Positions 1 through 12,035 of a stretch of 64,000 nucleotides of DNA are shown one piece after another (position 1 is the stretch's first letter; each line of letters starts with the position of its first letter). Made by a program: the position numbers and the translations under genes. Where the stretch lies: contig OZ025744.1 of the NCBI GenBank assembly GCA_964019335.1, forward strand, positions 307,709 through 371,708, read 5' to 3'. A model generated the notes under the pieces. The model was given only the letters and a program-made list of their open reading frames with translations, was not told where the DNA came from and ran no database searches. Source of the stretch: Diplonema japonicum (taxonomy: Eukaryota; Protista; Euglenozoa: Diplonemea).

Positions 1-1452
1 GCTTCCCGCGTCTCTTTGTTCTCTCTTTTAAACGCTTCCCTCCCACCACACTGGCGGGATAAGTCGGTCAGTGGACACACAGCACCTACCTATGAATCCC
101 CGTGTTCACTTTGCTTTTTTGCATCGTTTTCCTGCTCGCTGGCAACAAGCCTTTTATTCGGCCGGCGAGGGGGGGTCAGACTCGGTTAATTTCTGGCTAC
201 TCTGGCCGGTTAGAGGTTGCTTCCAATCTTTTCCTGTCTCTTCTTGGGCCCTTTTCTCTTCGATGTGCTTCTTTTCTCGTTCGGCCCCCTTTACAACTCC
301 CAGCCCGGACATGCCTGAGGAGTTATGTAACATGAACATTTTCGCAATTTTCTTTCTTAACTATTCAGTGTTTTTATTTCCAGGATCGGTGGGGGGGGGC
401 AAGAAAAAAGAAGGGGGGGGGGGGAAAGCGACTGGCTCTAATTGCTTCGATCATCTCCCGTTTCTTCTCCGTTCCCCCTCTCCTTGCTGTCCTTCGTTGC
501 CGCCACTTGCTTTCCTTTGCTTGCTTTTTTTTCAGCCAAATCGAAATTATATTTTCCCGAGGTTTTCTCCATCATCTGCATTTTTTTTTCTCTTTTTTTT
601 TTTTTCCACTTCGGTCCGGAGCCTGCGTGGGTTTTCCTCAAGGAGCTTTTTAGCAAGTTGATAAAGTTTGAAGGGTTACATTTCAATAAGAAAAAAAAAA
701 AGAATTATAACGCTCTATATTCGCTAAGTGACCCACCAGAATCCGCATTTTGAAGAGCTAAAAAAATTTCTAATTGCTTTTTCTAGGGCTGGAATGGATT
801 TATTTGCGTCCGGGGCCCAATGTTCGACATATGGAATTTTTTTTTGTAATATTTCACTCTTCAGAAATTTCTTCACACACTGGGGGGCCCATTACTTCAC
901 GCTAAATCTCATTACTTCACGGTGAAATAATGGCCTGTTTTCCGTGAAGTAATAGGGGGTTTCCGTTAAATAATATGCCTCGGTAGGCCAATTTTTGCCT
1001 CGGTTCAGTTCCCAGTGGGGCTACTTTTTCCTCTCAGTTTGCTATTTCCCCCCAGGTTCAGCTCAATTGGCCAACTTTTGCCTCGGCTCAGTTCCAAGTT
1101 GGACTACTTTTTCCTCCCAATTTGCCCACTTTTGGCTAGGCCTTGTTCCCAGTTTCTGTGGGTAACTCTTCTGTGGGTAAGAGTAACTTAGTCAGCTTAC
1201 CCAAGCTCCCCAAAAGACTTCAAAATACCGAAGCAGCAGAAAAAAAAGAGCCAGCGGCCGCGCCAGGTATGGGAAGGCCTGATTAGAGTGGCAATGCCAG
1301 CGACAGCGGCAGCTCTTAGTCAACAAAAGGAGGAAAAACATCTTGTATTGTAACCTTTGTAACCCCTCTCTTGTTGTACCCCTTGTCACCCTGTTGTGCC
1401 CCTCGTGGTGAAGTAATTTCAGAGTGTCGTGAAATAAAACCACTTACCTACC

Positions 1453-1567
1453 GCCAAGTAATGCTTTACCGACCTCTCGGTTCCGCATTTTACCATCTCG
1501 GGCCCTGCGGGCCCTCGACGGTAAAATGCGGAACCTCGAGGTAACGGTAAAGTCATTACTTGTTGGC
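1453..1567. repeat. ~115-bp imperfect palindrome (MITE-like foldback)
   Basis: GGTTCCGCATTTTACC (1479-1494) is the exact reverse complement of GGTAAAATGCGGAACC (1520-1535). Outer arms AAGTAATGCTTTACC and GGTAAAGTCATTACTT. Centre GGGCCC-TGC-GGGCCC. Confidence 0.75.
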
Positions 1568-1579
1568 AGTAAATAGCTA

Positions 1580-1920
1580 TTTTTTTTTTTTTTTTGCTAT
1601 AAGTGCACTTGTATCGGAAACCCTGGTTCTCCTGCCATAGTGTTCCTTTACTGCCCATCCCTACGGGGGACGGTTCTGTTTTTAACTGGTTGCCTAGAGG
1701 CCAGTGGTCACTTACGGATCGAGCCGCCTTCTGCGTTATTCCACCGTGGAAGGATTTGTTGGCCCCGCCCGGAGCCGAATGTTGGCGTTGGAGATGATGT
1801 GAGAGGAAGAGATCACGGGTCGACTCCCCGAAAGATACCGAGAGGAGGGAATCGATCCCGGGCCTTGGGGATTGGTAGCCGGCCAGACTACCACTAGCCC
1901 GAAGGCTAGCCCCAAACACA
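1580..1920 (-). mobile_element. possible tRNA-derived SINE
   Basis: Minus strand has A-box-like GGGCTAGTGG (~1891-1900) and B-box-like GGATCGATTCC (~1848-1858) at tRNA spacing, then ~250 nt, then a poly(A) run (1580-1595). No TSD seen. Confidence 0.3.
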
Positions 1921-1980
1921 GGAGGCTGTTGCTGCTGTTAATAATAATAATTTAAACAAAATACAAGCCCTCTTCCTCTT

Positions 1981-2012
<32 letters not shown>

Positions 2013-3079
2013 TTTTTTTTATCGTACCGTAGTAACACGTTAACAAGCCCTAGTTCCCAGAAAGTAAAGAAACTACCGCGGGGGGGAAATAGTTCTTAAT
2101 GACCATATGCCTTTGTTGTTCGTTTCAGGGCCCTCTGGGAACCGCGGAACGCGGTGCCGTAGATCTCACAGGAAGTGACAAACTCCCCAGGGAAAAAAAA
2201 AAGTATTTTTATTTTATTTTGTTTTATTCACAGTATCCAGGGTTATCCAGGGTTATCCAGGCTTTTTAGACCTGTTTGCCGGTGACGTGGCACCCGTATC
2301 TTCCGAGGAGTCTGGTCTCTATTTCTGACAAGAAGTATGATGAAGAACAGGGGGAAGAGGAAGAGGAGGAGGAAGGGGAAGAAGCAGCCTCTATCAAGGG
2401 GATTTGGATTTGACCGACTATTGGTCGGAAATGTCGAAGTACCGATTCAAAGTGATTCCTGCGGTACCTGCATCCACAGAGAATTGAATGCACGCACACA
2501 GCGATGAACGCCCAATTTCTTACCTCCCTGCTTGCAACCCACCGCTGATGATAATAACAAGTCCGAAAAACCAATTCAAAACTGCATTTAAGGCCTTAAA
2601 TAAGACACTATTTTGGGTTTTAATGGCTGGAATGGGCTCAGATCGTCAAAATAGGGTTTCGCACGATTCTCGCGCATTCTCGCACATGCTAGTGTGCACT
2701 TCAGGTGTGCATGTGTCAAAAATACCCCCCTCGACCTTCATACCCCTCTTGAACTAACGCGATCAGTGCGTTCACGTCCGCCCCCGTGTGTGATTCACCC
2801 TCGTGATGTCCAAGTGGAGGAGGAGGGGCTCCTCTGAGTATCCGACTAGCCCAGAAATGTTTGGCACTGGTGGCGTCTGTGCTTAACGGCAACAGGGTCT
2901 TTTCGATGCTTTGCTTCGCTCTTCTCGAGCCCTTGTCTCCTTCTCGAATCCGGGCCCCTTTGCCAGCAGCGTGTCTGGTGTCGATATCTTCATGCGCGAG
3001 CTCCACCAATGGGATGCTGGGAAGGCGTGTTTGCTGCTTGGTGGTTGGTGGTGCCTGCGACCAAACACAAGGAAAAGAA

Positions 3080-4159
3080 AACTATTTTTTTCTTGTTATC
3101 GTGGCGTGCGGGCGAGATAGAGCACAGAGAGAAGCAATGGAATTGAGATTGGACATCGAGCTCAAGTCGATGGTTTTTAGTTTTTCGCACTTTGACAAGA
3201 AACCTTCACCATGGTCGAAAGACGGGTCATCGAGCTCAAGTCGATGGTTTCTAGATTTTCACACCCATACAAGAAGTAATGACCAATGGAAGAAAGATTG
3301 GCCATCAAATTCAAGTTGATGGTTTCTAGTTTTTCGCACCCAAACAAAAAACCATTACCAATGGTTTTAAGTTTGGACATCGAGCTCAAGTCGATGGTTT
3401 TAAGTTTTTTGCACTCACGCAAGAAGCCATTGTCAATGGAATAAATATTGGACATCGAACTCAAGTCGATGGTTTCCAGTTTTGCACACCCTGACAAGAA
3501 GTGAGCACTAATGGAAGGGAAATTGGTCTTCACATTCAAGTCGATGGTTTCTAGATTTGCGCACCCATACAAGAAGCAAGAACCAATGGAATCAATATTG
3601 GTCATCGAACTCAAGTCGATGGTTTCTAGATTTACGCACTCTCTTAAAAACCCATGATCAATGGTGGAAACATTTGGGAGGATGAGATCAACAGACGTCA
3701 GGTGGTCGCAATCTCGAAGAAAGTTAGCGTCTATACTTTAACACAACCTGTGGTGTAGTCGGTGACAACGAGGAACCGAAGTCCAGAAGGAAGGCGCGTG
3801 GACAAGACTTCGACAGCTGGCGAGTACCCCACCTCAACTACCAGAACTAGCTCAGGGTCAGCTCTGAAACCACTTCTGAGCTCTCAAGCTCCTCCAGCTG
3901 AACAGTTCTCATGTTCGCCTCCACATGGACCATGCTGCCCTCCATGAGCCCAAGTCCCTGAAGCTCCTCACCCCCTTTCCTGTCAAGGAGGTCTCCCTCC
4001 CAAACCAGTTTGAACTTGCCTTCGAGTAAACCAGCAGCACCCCGCCTTCTTGTACAGGATCCCCACCGTCTCCTTCCCCGACACTTCCACATCGTGAACC
4101 CCGCCTCCCGTCTTCACGAACACTGTCATATCGTTCACCTCTTCACCTGATCCATTCAT
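3080..4159 (-). pseudogene. ubiquitin-like domain + leucine-rich-repeat (BspA/LRR_5-like) pseudogene
   Basis: ATG 4159 MNGSGEEVNDMTVFVKTGGGVHDVEVSGKETVGIL, then frameshifted FKLVWEGDLL..LQGLGLMEGSMVHV (Ubl-like), stops near 3850 and 3740, then about eight ~25-aa repeats FLxGCxxLETIDLSSMxNxxSI, with another frameshift near 3220. Confidence 0.8.
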
Positions 4160-4404
4160 GTTCTTTTAGTTTCGTTCTTCCCCCCCCCCCCCCCCCCCCC
4201 ACACACACACACTCTTTTCGCTTTTGTTTTTGTTTTTGTTTCCCTGTGTGTGCTTATTTTGAAGGGCTGCAGAAAGTCAGATGAAAGAAGAAGAATAATG
4301 GAAGCAGGTAGACAGATCCCCAGAACTACTTTTACTCCAAATCTTTTTTTTTTTAAGCCCATCATGTAAATGACCCGGCATGTGCACAGCAAAAAAAAAA
4401 AAAA

Positions 4405-6003
4405 CTAAACCGCCAGCCATTTTGTCTCTAGCTTGGCCCGGTTTTCCTCCCTTGTCGCGACCTGTGTCGTGTACAGCCTGACGTTGCTCGCCTCCTGTTC
4501 TCCCTTCGTGTGTTTTTTGTTCTTTTTCGGTTCGTACATCAGCTCAGACACGCATCTTGCCTTCACCTTTGCATGATTTTCAATGGCGGTGGTGTACAAC
4601 CGTGAGATCAGGCGGGGCAGGGCGACGGTGGGAGGGGGACGAGGGGGTTCGATCGGTTGTTCAAAAAACACCGGTTTTCGAGGCGTTGCTAGCCTTGTGA
4701 CGGACTTCTCGAGATCCCCTTTCGAGAGGGGCACCCGGTTCGTCAGTGTTGTGTGTTTCTGTGCTACAAATGTTTCAATTTGGCGGGTTTTTCGACCTAC
4801 TTCGTCTCCCGAGGGTTGAGCTTTTTTCACGTGGACCCATCGAGGCTTTTCTGGAATGTACATTCCTGTGGTTTCGGAATTGTCGACGCCTTGCCTTAGA
4901 AGTTTTTTTATAACACGGTTTACGTATGGTTTGCTGCTGTAAAAACTTGTTTTTTCCTTCAAAGATTCCAGAATGCCCACAATATGCTGCTCGTAGGGTT
5001 CTTGGTCGGACATTTCTTTGCGCGACGGAGGGGCAACCTGCTTCGCAGCCGATTCCGGCAACCCAGAACAAAAACGTCTGCCGTTTTCGAAAACGGTGTT
5101 GTAGCATAGCAACAACCCGCTTGACTTCTCATAGGTCATTACCAGGCTGTCGTAAGAATTCGTTGGAAGAACGAAGATGGAGTACCAGCAGCAGGCGCTC
5201 TTCAATCGTCGCGTCAGCGGGATGGACGGCCCGTTCGCCACTTCTCCTGTCAAACCCTCGAATTTGTAGAATAGCATTATCTCGTTCTTGAACGGCAGCA
5301 CCACCATCTCACTGTTTTCTCTCTTTGAAATTCGTTTTCTGGGAACAGGCTCGTCGCTGGATTGTGTTTTCATCGGTGTTTCTGTTGTTATCGAACCGTC
5401 TGTCGAGTCGAAACAAATTATTTTGTATCTTCTGCTTTTTGACGGCTGCAAAGACAGGTGGGTCATGTAAGGAGGCAGTGTGAAGCCTCCCCGATGGCTA
5501 GATTCTTCTACTACTGCTGTCCAGTTGTCTAAAATGGACACGTTGAACTCTGTTGCAACACCTGAGATAGAGTTGTAAGCAACAATGATAGGACAGGCTG
5601 GGTTGGTTACAATGCTTGTGAACAGCATTCTCTTACTCCGTTTTACGGAGAGGGTTGATATGAATTTTGTTTCCAGTGGGAGAACTAGTTTTCTTCTGTT
5701 GCTGTCGAAGTGCCACGCCTTGAACACCAGTGGGACCAGGCACCACTGCAGCAGGATCACCCCTTCTTGTAGCTTTATCGTGCCCACCCCTTCAACTTTT
5801 TCTTCCGACCATTGGTCTTTTACATCGAATTTTAGATCGTCGTCTTCGCCTGTCACCTCCACAATTTCTGAATACCCTCCTTTCTCTCTCCACAAGTATC
5901 CAACAGCCACCGGTCTAACATTTCTCCACCCTGATTCCCATTTGCTTGCCCAAAGTAATAGATCCGCTTCTGGTGGTGGGGCTTCCGGTGGGGGGGTTTC
6001 CAT
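4405..6003 (-). CDS. hypothetical protein, 532 aa; C-terminal RLATP/RLY motifs (possibly cytoskeletal or flagellar)
   Basis: Uninterrupted ORF from ATG 6003 after an A-rich leader, same strand as the cluster. Repeated SVTRLATP, SRLYTT, VRLYTT. Confidence 0.75.
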   Translation of the reverse strand: METPPPEAPPPEADLLLWASKWESGWRNVRPVAVGYLWREKGGYSEIVEVTGEDDDLKFDVKDQWSEEKVEGVGTIKLQEGVILLQWCLVPLVFKAWHFDSNRRKLVLPLETKFISTLSVKRSKRMLFTSIVTNPACPIIVAYNSISGVATEFNVSILDNWTAVVEESSHRGGFTLPPYMTHLSLQPSKSRRYKIICFDSTDGSITTETPMKTQSSDEPVPRKRISKRENSEMVVLPFKNEIMLFYKFEGLTGEVANGPSIPLTRRLKSACCWYSIFVLPTNSYDSLVMTYEKSSGLLLCYNTVFENGRRFCSGLPESAAKQVAPPSRKEMSDQEPYEQHIVGILESLKEKTSFYSSKPYVNRVIKKLLRQGVDNSETTGMYIPEKPRWVHVKKAQPSGDEVGRKTRQIETFVAQKHTTLTNRVPLSKGDLEKSVTRLATPRKPVFFEQPIEPPRPPPTVALPRLISRLYTTAIENHAKVKARCVSELMYEPKKNKKHTKGEQEASNVRLYTTQVATREENRAKLETKWLAV

Positions 6004-6372
6004 GTAATTATTAATTATTAATTATTAATTAATTTTTTTTTCTCTCCCCCCTTTTTTTTGGTACGAATGGGGGAATTTAAAAAAAAAATATATATATATA
6101 TATACTCCCCAGCTAAGGGACCGGAAAAAAAAAATAAGAGAAAAAAAAGGGGGGGGAGAATTGGTTGGCCGAAAGGGAGGGCACGAAAAAAGGGGAGAAA
6201 AGAAAAAAAAGAGAAAAAAAAGAGAAAAAAAAAAGAAGGTACTACTTTTTTTTCTTGGGGGGGGGAAACTCCTCTCTTTTTTCTGTTTTTTAAATGATTT
6301 TTCCTTTTTTTTTTTTTTCAAAACTTTTATTTTAATTTTTCCACTATTTTTTTTTTTTTTTTTTTTCCACGA

Positions 6373-7413
6373 TCACGGGCTTTTCCTTGCTTTTTGCGCG
6401 ATCAGAATTCTGCAGTTGTTGACCATCTGTGCCAGGTGAACGGCAACAGAAGCGCAGGTCACCGCAAGACGGTTCTCAGGTAGAGCGACCCACACAATGG
6501 GAAGCCCAGTCCCGACAAGGACAGAAGATACAGTAGGACGAACCGTGGAAGGACAGTTCCTGAGATTATAATTTTTTTTTTTTTTTTTTTTAAATAAAAT
6601 TTTTTCATACTTCAAAGACCCCGCAACTATCAGGTTGTGGATGGCAAACGAAGAGAGCATAGCAGTGGTGACCACCCAGGGCACCGACCCGTCCCTCCCC
6701 AAAAACATAATACAAGCAGTGATGCAAACCTGCAACAAGCCCACGTTCAACATCTTGGCCTTAAGAGACCTCACCATCTCTACCAAACATAATCCCTGCC
6801 CGAAAAAAAAAATATATGTGAGTACCCTCACCAAGGAGAGACTGTCCGTGACCTGCACGTCCCACAACCACGGGCAGACCGCCGTAAGAACAGGGACTAT
6901 ACAGAAAAGAAGCATTCCCTCGTCCGCAGAAAATAGATCGCCGCCAAGGGTGGACTTTCCGGTCACAAGATGGTATAAATGAATTAGAGATGTTGAAACT
7001 GCTAGGCAACAAATAGTGTGGTCTCGCAAATCTGCCTTTGCAAGGTCGAACATACACCAGATGCTAAGGAGGGAGGTCCAGCAGTCGCCCCCATGATCGA
7101 GATACTCACCTATGGCGGATGAGAGTTTTAGCCGTCTTGCTTGCTTGCCGTCAAGGTTGTCGAGGGTCATGTACACCAAGTTGAGCCCGCCTGCTGTGTA
7201 CAGAATCCAAGAGGGTACTTGCACCCCCTCGTGAGTGTGCTTCAGAAGCATCGCGCTTGCAGCCCCCGTCAAGGTGATCCCGGTCATCGTCATTGCGTTC
7301 GGCGTCAGCCACCGCGGGAGATATTCCACTAGTACCCTGTATGTGGGTTCTAGAACATGACGGAACAAGAGGGACCCAGTAGCAGGGGTGTAGGTGTAGG
7401 TAGTAGTTGTCAT
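6373..7413 (-). CDS. CDP-alcohol phosphotransferase (choline/ethanolamine phosphotransferase, CEPT/EPT-like), ~329 aa; exons 7413-6611 and 6559-6373
   Basis: Signature DNLDGKQARRLKLSSAIGEYLDHGGD, WLTPNAMT, multiple TM helices. In-frame 51-nt GTATGA...CTCAG intron (6560-6610) removes the poly-Lys. Upstream T-tract plus CAACCAG is a candidate trans-splice acceptor. Confidence 0.9.
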   Translation of the reverse strand: MTTTTYTYTPATGSLLFRHVLEPTYRVLVEYLPRWLTPNAMTMTGITLTGAASAMLLKHTHEGVQVPSWILYTAGGLNLVYMTLDNLDGKQARRLKLSSAIGEYLDHGGDCWTSLLSIWCMFDLAKADLRDHTICCLAVSTSLIHLYHLVTGKSTLGGDLFSADEGMLLFCIVPVLTAVCPWLWDVQVTDSLSLVRVLTYIFFFGQGLCLVEMVRSLKAKMLNVGLLQVCITACIMFLGRDGSVPWVVTTAMLSSFAIHNLIVAGSLKYEKILFKKKKKKNYNLRNCPSTVRPTVSSVLVGTGLPIVWVALPENRLAVTCASVAVHLAQMVNNCRILIAQKARKSP

Positions 7414-8329
7414 TTTTGTTTTTTTTTGTTTTTTTTTTTTTTTTCCCCCCTCTCCCACTTTTTTTTTTTTCTGGTTGAAAAAAAAAAAAAAAAAAAAAAG
7501 CGGAGCGTAGTCTAAAGAAAGCTGGGGGGGATTTTTTTTTTGCAATCGAATTAATCTTTTTTTTTTTCCTCGAGGGGGGGGAAAAAAAAGGAAAGAGAGA
7601 GAAAAAAAAGAAAGGGGGGAGGGTGGGGGGGTATTCTTGTTGGTATCATTCTTTCTCTGTATCACGCACACCTTTTTTTTTCATTCCTTTTTTTTTATCT
7701 TTTTTTGTTGAATACCCCACGCCAAAGAAATGACACCCCCCCCCCCCCTTTTTTTTTCCCCCTCCAGTGATTACAACGTATGTGATCAAAGAAAAGAAGA
7801 AAAAAAAAGAGACTATTTAAGGGTGCCTGCAGTATGTGGCAGGGCGCCCTGCAAAAAAACAAAAAGGAAACAAGAATGATGCATTTATTATAATGCCCGA
7901 AAATGAATGGGGGGAAGAGTCAGTTAATTATTGTTTGTGCACTGTAGAAGGATAAGCCCAACTATGCCACCACTACTCTTTTTAGCACCAACAATTCATT
8001 ATCAATATTTTCTTTTTTTTTCCTTGTTCATGCAAAAAAAGAATTTGTTTGTGGTTTTCCCCTTCCCAGGAGAGGGTTAGGTTACTCCTATTAAGCACGC
8101 CTCTCTCCTCTCTTACCATGAGAATGACCCGCTCGTTCCGTATACGGGTAGTTAACATTTAAAAAAAAAATAACAAAAAAAAAAAAACTTTACTACGAGG
8201 CAGCAAGCACCCGCGGACACATGGAGAGGGGGGGAAAAAAAAGAGAGAAAAAAAAAGTTACCAAGGGCACGCAAAGGATTTAACAAAAAAAAAAAAAGAA
8301 CGTTTGCAGACACAAAAAAAAAAAAAAAA

Positions 8330-8478
8330 TTAAATCTTCATAAACAACCCGTTTCTGTAAAGCCAGTAGACGATAATAACATTTGTGGCCACCCCGATAG
8401 ATTGGGATATGGTCATGGAGGCATGGGTGTCAGGTGCATCGGCAGTAGAGGAGAACGGAATGTAGTTGCTCATGATCT

Positions 8479-8522
<44 letters not shown>

Positions 8523-10566
8523 CAACACACACCTCATGCATGGAGTAATACAGAATGGAGTTCATCCCCACGAACAAGAAGGGTTTCCCGTTCCAAATTT
8601 TAAACCAATCCACGATCACCAGCAACCCCAGCACCGCAAGCGTCCCCGTCCCCGACATCACAAAAATAAATGACGTCGACCAAAGGTTTTTATTAATGGG
8701 AATTGGACCGCCAAACTGCTTAAACCCACAAAGACCCGCGGCAACAAGACACAATGACGCTCCAAGCACACCCATACTAATGGCAGCTTGTTTTTTATTA
8801 CCCGTTTCCCTGGACGCTGCTATGATACGACCGGCGACCAAGCCCAACCAGCAAAGAACAATCGAGTTAAGAGCCCCCAAGAAACCTTCCGGGTCATGCC
8901 CATCAGTTGCAGTACATTTCATCCCATTAACATCATAGTCCATGTACGTATCGCAGGGGAAACACCCGTCCCAAGTGTGGGTACCAAACATTTTTTTATC
9001 GATGAAATTCGCCACCCCGCCAGTGCACCAAAAGTGGCCTTTATTCTGGGAGATCCCACCAGGTCCGAGGTATCCAGCGCATTCTTCGCCGTTTCTCGTG
9101 AAAGACGTCCCGAGGGAGATTCCGATCCACGTCGCTGCGAGCGTCAGAAAAAGAGGGAGCTCGCGAAGCGTCCCGCTGCCCCATTTCCACGCGAATGATG
9201 AAAACCCCTCTGCACCACCGTCGCCGTGTTCTTGAAGTGTGTTAAGAGGTGTTGTTTTGTGCGATGCCTTTGGGATGTATAGAATGGCAAGGGCGACGAC
9301 AAGGTACGACAGCCCGAAGCGTTCCAACACACCGGGCACGCGGATTTTCGAGAATTTTGAAGTGTTTTCCGTGTCTAGGAAGATCCCAACCAACACGAGG
9401 ATCGCCGCTCTGCGGATAACGTGGACAAGTGCTGCGGAGCGGTTTTCTTTCACTCGACGGCCCTCTAGTGTGATGGCCATCGCAACACCCATGATCCACA
9501 CGAACCACGGGAACACGAGATCTGCTACCGTCAACCCATCCCACTTTGAATGGTCCAGAAACCAATACCCGAAACCACCGTAGTTCGCGGTGTTCATGAC
9601 GACTAATGAAATCCCGCGGAATATGTCCAAAGCGAGGATGCGAGAGGGCTTCTTCTTCTGCGTCGCCGCCTCGTCCCCTAGAAGCGCGTCAGTGTCGTTA
9701 TTCGACGGTAGGTCCACTGTTCTCCAAAACGGAATCGCGTACCTCATGGCATCCGCAACACCAACCCCGCCCATCATGTACCCCGCCGCACGGTTGCCGA
9801 TGGTGTACCCCAACTGCAATACTATCAGAACCGTTGCCAGAACCAACAGCGGGACCGCATAGTTCCATGGTTCCTTGATCTTTGAAAGGCTCGCTGTTTC
9901 CTGCATTGAACTGACCACGAGTTCGTACCCCCCCTGGTCACGGAAGTCCGCATCAGTAATGTTCACTGTGAATCCTGGTTTTTGCGGTGTGAGGTGTACT
10001 ACGACAGACATAACGTCGGTGGAATGTGTAGTAGGGAGGTAAAACTCTGCAGGGCCGTGGCCTGTTGAGTTCCTCCCGTTGCCGTAATACACCCTTCGCA
10101 GGGAGCAGTCCCAACAGTTGCTGTATTTTGTGTAGATGGACACTTCTGCGGTGGGCTGTGTATCTTGCATGTTTATTTCAATTCTTGCGATGTCCAAGCA
10201 GTTTGTGTTTTCGCTCGTCATTTGCAGGTCCCCTCCGATGCATGTGCTTGGTGTTGGCCCGCATATGTCAGGGTTCGACAGGACGCTCCCTGGAGCCGTG
10301 AAGCCCAGGCTCCACACTACGATCACGAGCGTGGTTACGAAATAGCAGGTTCCGGGGTAGTTTTTCCATGTGGCTTGGTTTGCCCGCACTGCTTTCATTT
10401 GCATTCCTAGATCGGCCCACAGCGGCACCAGCGACAGCAGCGGGAGGGCTATTTCCCAACCCACCATCCACGGCCTGTCCGCACCTGAGGCCAGCCACGC
10501 CGCCAACATCCCCACCGATGTCAAGAGCGGCAACGAGAACCAGAAATACAGGAAATTACTCGTCAT
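8330..10566 (-). CDS. HGSNAT: heparan-alpha-glucosaminide N-acetyltransferase, ~726 aa; exons 10566-8533 and 8476-8330
   Basis: RILALDIFRG, NYGG.GYWFLDHSKWDGLTVADLVFPWF, RVPGVLERF, GYLGPGG, CTGG, DPEG, PINKNLWS. The 56-nt intron 8477-8532 (GTGTGT-poly(A)-CAG) restores the C-terminus HEIMSNYIPF...YWLYRNGLFMKI*. Confidence 0.92.
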
Positions 10567-10729
10567 CTCTCCTTTTTTTTCTTTTTTTTTTTTCTTTCTT
10601 CCTAAAGAAACTATTTTAAGAATTTATTGGGTTTAAAAAAAAAAAATCGCTCCCTGCCTACAAATAAAGCATACACAGACAGATACAAGAAGAAAACAGT
10701 TTTCTTTCTTTTTCTTTTCTTTTCTATTG

Positions 10730-11785
10730 TTACAGATACGTCCTCTTTATAGCGGATCGTGCAGGGGGTGGGGGGAGAGAATGGACGGGAGTGTTGTTAC
10801 TGTAAAACACGCCGACAGGTTGCTGCTGCTGCGGCGGCTTGGGCGTCGGCTGTGTCTGCTTGAAGAAGAAGAAAGGTGCGTCGGGAGCGGTCGGAGTGTG
10901 CAGCTTGCGAAGGTAAGCCGCCTCCGCCTGGGCTTCTTGCAAGTCGCTATTCATCTTCAACATTTTTTCATCAAAATCGGGAGGGGGCGAGTGGTGAACA
11001 ACACCAGGCGATTCCTCTGGAACAAGTGCGGGTGTGTACATAGGGCTCCTTGGCGGTGATGAAACCCTCAAGATATGGTCCACAGCACGATCCAAGTTCT
11101 TCCCCAAACTTTCAGACATATTTTGTGCCTCTGCTCGTGCGATGGAAAGTAGGTGTTCATAGTGGGCAACATTCTTCGAATTCATGTGCGTGGCGTCGTG
11201 AACGGCACCTTTTAAAAAGTTGATCTCGCCCTGGAGAGCCTCCACCAGGGTCCTCGAGGCTACTGTGTCGTGCCTCAAGGCTTCCATTTGGCGTAACGCG
11301 GTGCGGAGATCCATCTCAGCCTGGTCACGTTCTGCAACAGCGCGTTGCATCTGTTCGTCGGCGTCCTTGCGCTCCCGTACTGCTTCGTGGTACCCTGAGT
11401 TCTTTTTCCTCAGCAGGTCGTTTTCTCGACGCAAACCGTCGTTGGTGTTCTTGCTCCTCTGGAAGTCTCTCTTTGCAGCGAATGCTTCTCTTCTGTACTC
11501 GCTTCCTGCGTCGATTTTGTACACCAACGGCGGGCCCTGGTTCTGGCTGTTGCCGAGGGCTCGCTCTAGCCTTCGTATTTCCTCGATGTGGCCGTCTTTT
11601 TCGTGTTTGTTCGCCTTGTGCTTGTCCTCGACAAAAGTTACCAATCTCTGGTTCTCCCTGTCCAGGCCCACCACGTCGCGTTCTAGCTGGTGCAGTCTTA
11701 CCTTCTGCCGCATGTAGTTTTGTAGGATTTCACGCGCCTTCACTACCGGGTCCGACGGGTGGGGGTATTTTTGCCTGGTCACCAT
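10730..11785 (-). CDS. coiled-coil hypothetical protein (~351 aa) with Pro-rich tail
   Basis: ATG 11785 (MVTRQKY) after an A-rich leader. Heptad-rich E/R/K/L composition. Confidence 0.75.
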   Translation of the reverse strand: MVTRQKYPHPSDPVVKAREILQNYMRQKVRLHQLERDVVGLDRENQRLVTFVEDKHKANKHEKDGHIEEIRRLERALGNSQNQGPPLVYKIDAGSEYRREAFAAKRDFQRSKNTNDGLRRENDLLRKKNSGYHEAVRERKDADEQMQRAVAERDQAEMDLRTALRQMEALRHDTVASRTLVEALQGEINFLKGAVHDATHMNSKNVAHYEHLLSIARAEAQNMSESLGKNLDRAVDHILRVSSPPRSPMYTPALVPEESPGVVHHSPPPDFDEKMLKMNSDLQEAQAEAAYLRKLHTPTAPDAPFFFFKQTQPTPKPPQQQQPVGVFYSNNTPVHSLPPPPARSAIKRTYL

Positions 11786-12035
11786 TATTTTTATTTTTTT
11801 TTTCCCCCCTTTCCACCGGTTCCCACACCCAACCCTCCTTTTTTTTCTTTTTTTTTTTTGTGCCAGAATCTGGGGGGAAATCAAATGATCTTTTTTTTTT
11901 TTTTTTTTTTTTGTTGTTCTTTTTTTTTTTCTTCAAGAAAATCTATACGGAAAAAAAAAAAAAAAAAAAAAAAGAGGGTACAAGAGAAGAGAAACAAAAA
12001 AAAAAAAAAAAAAAAAAAGATGTGCATGGTGGTTT

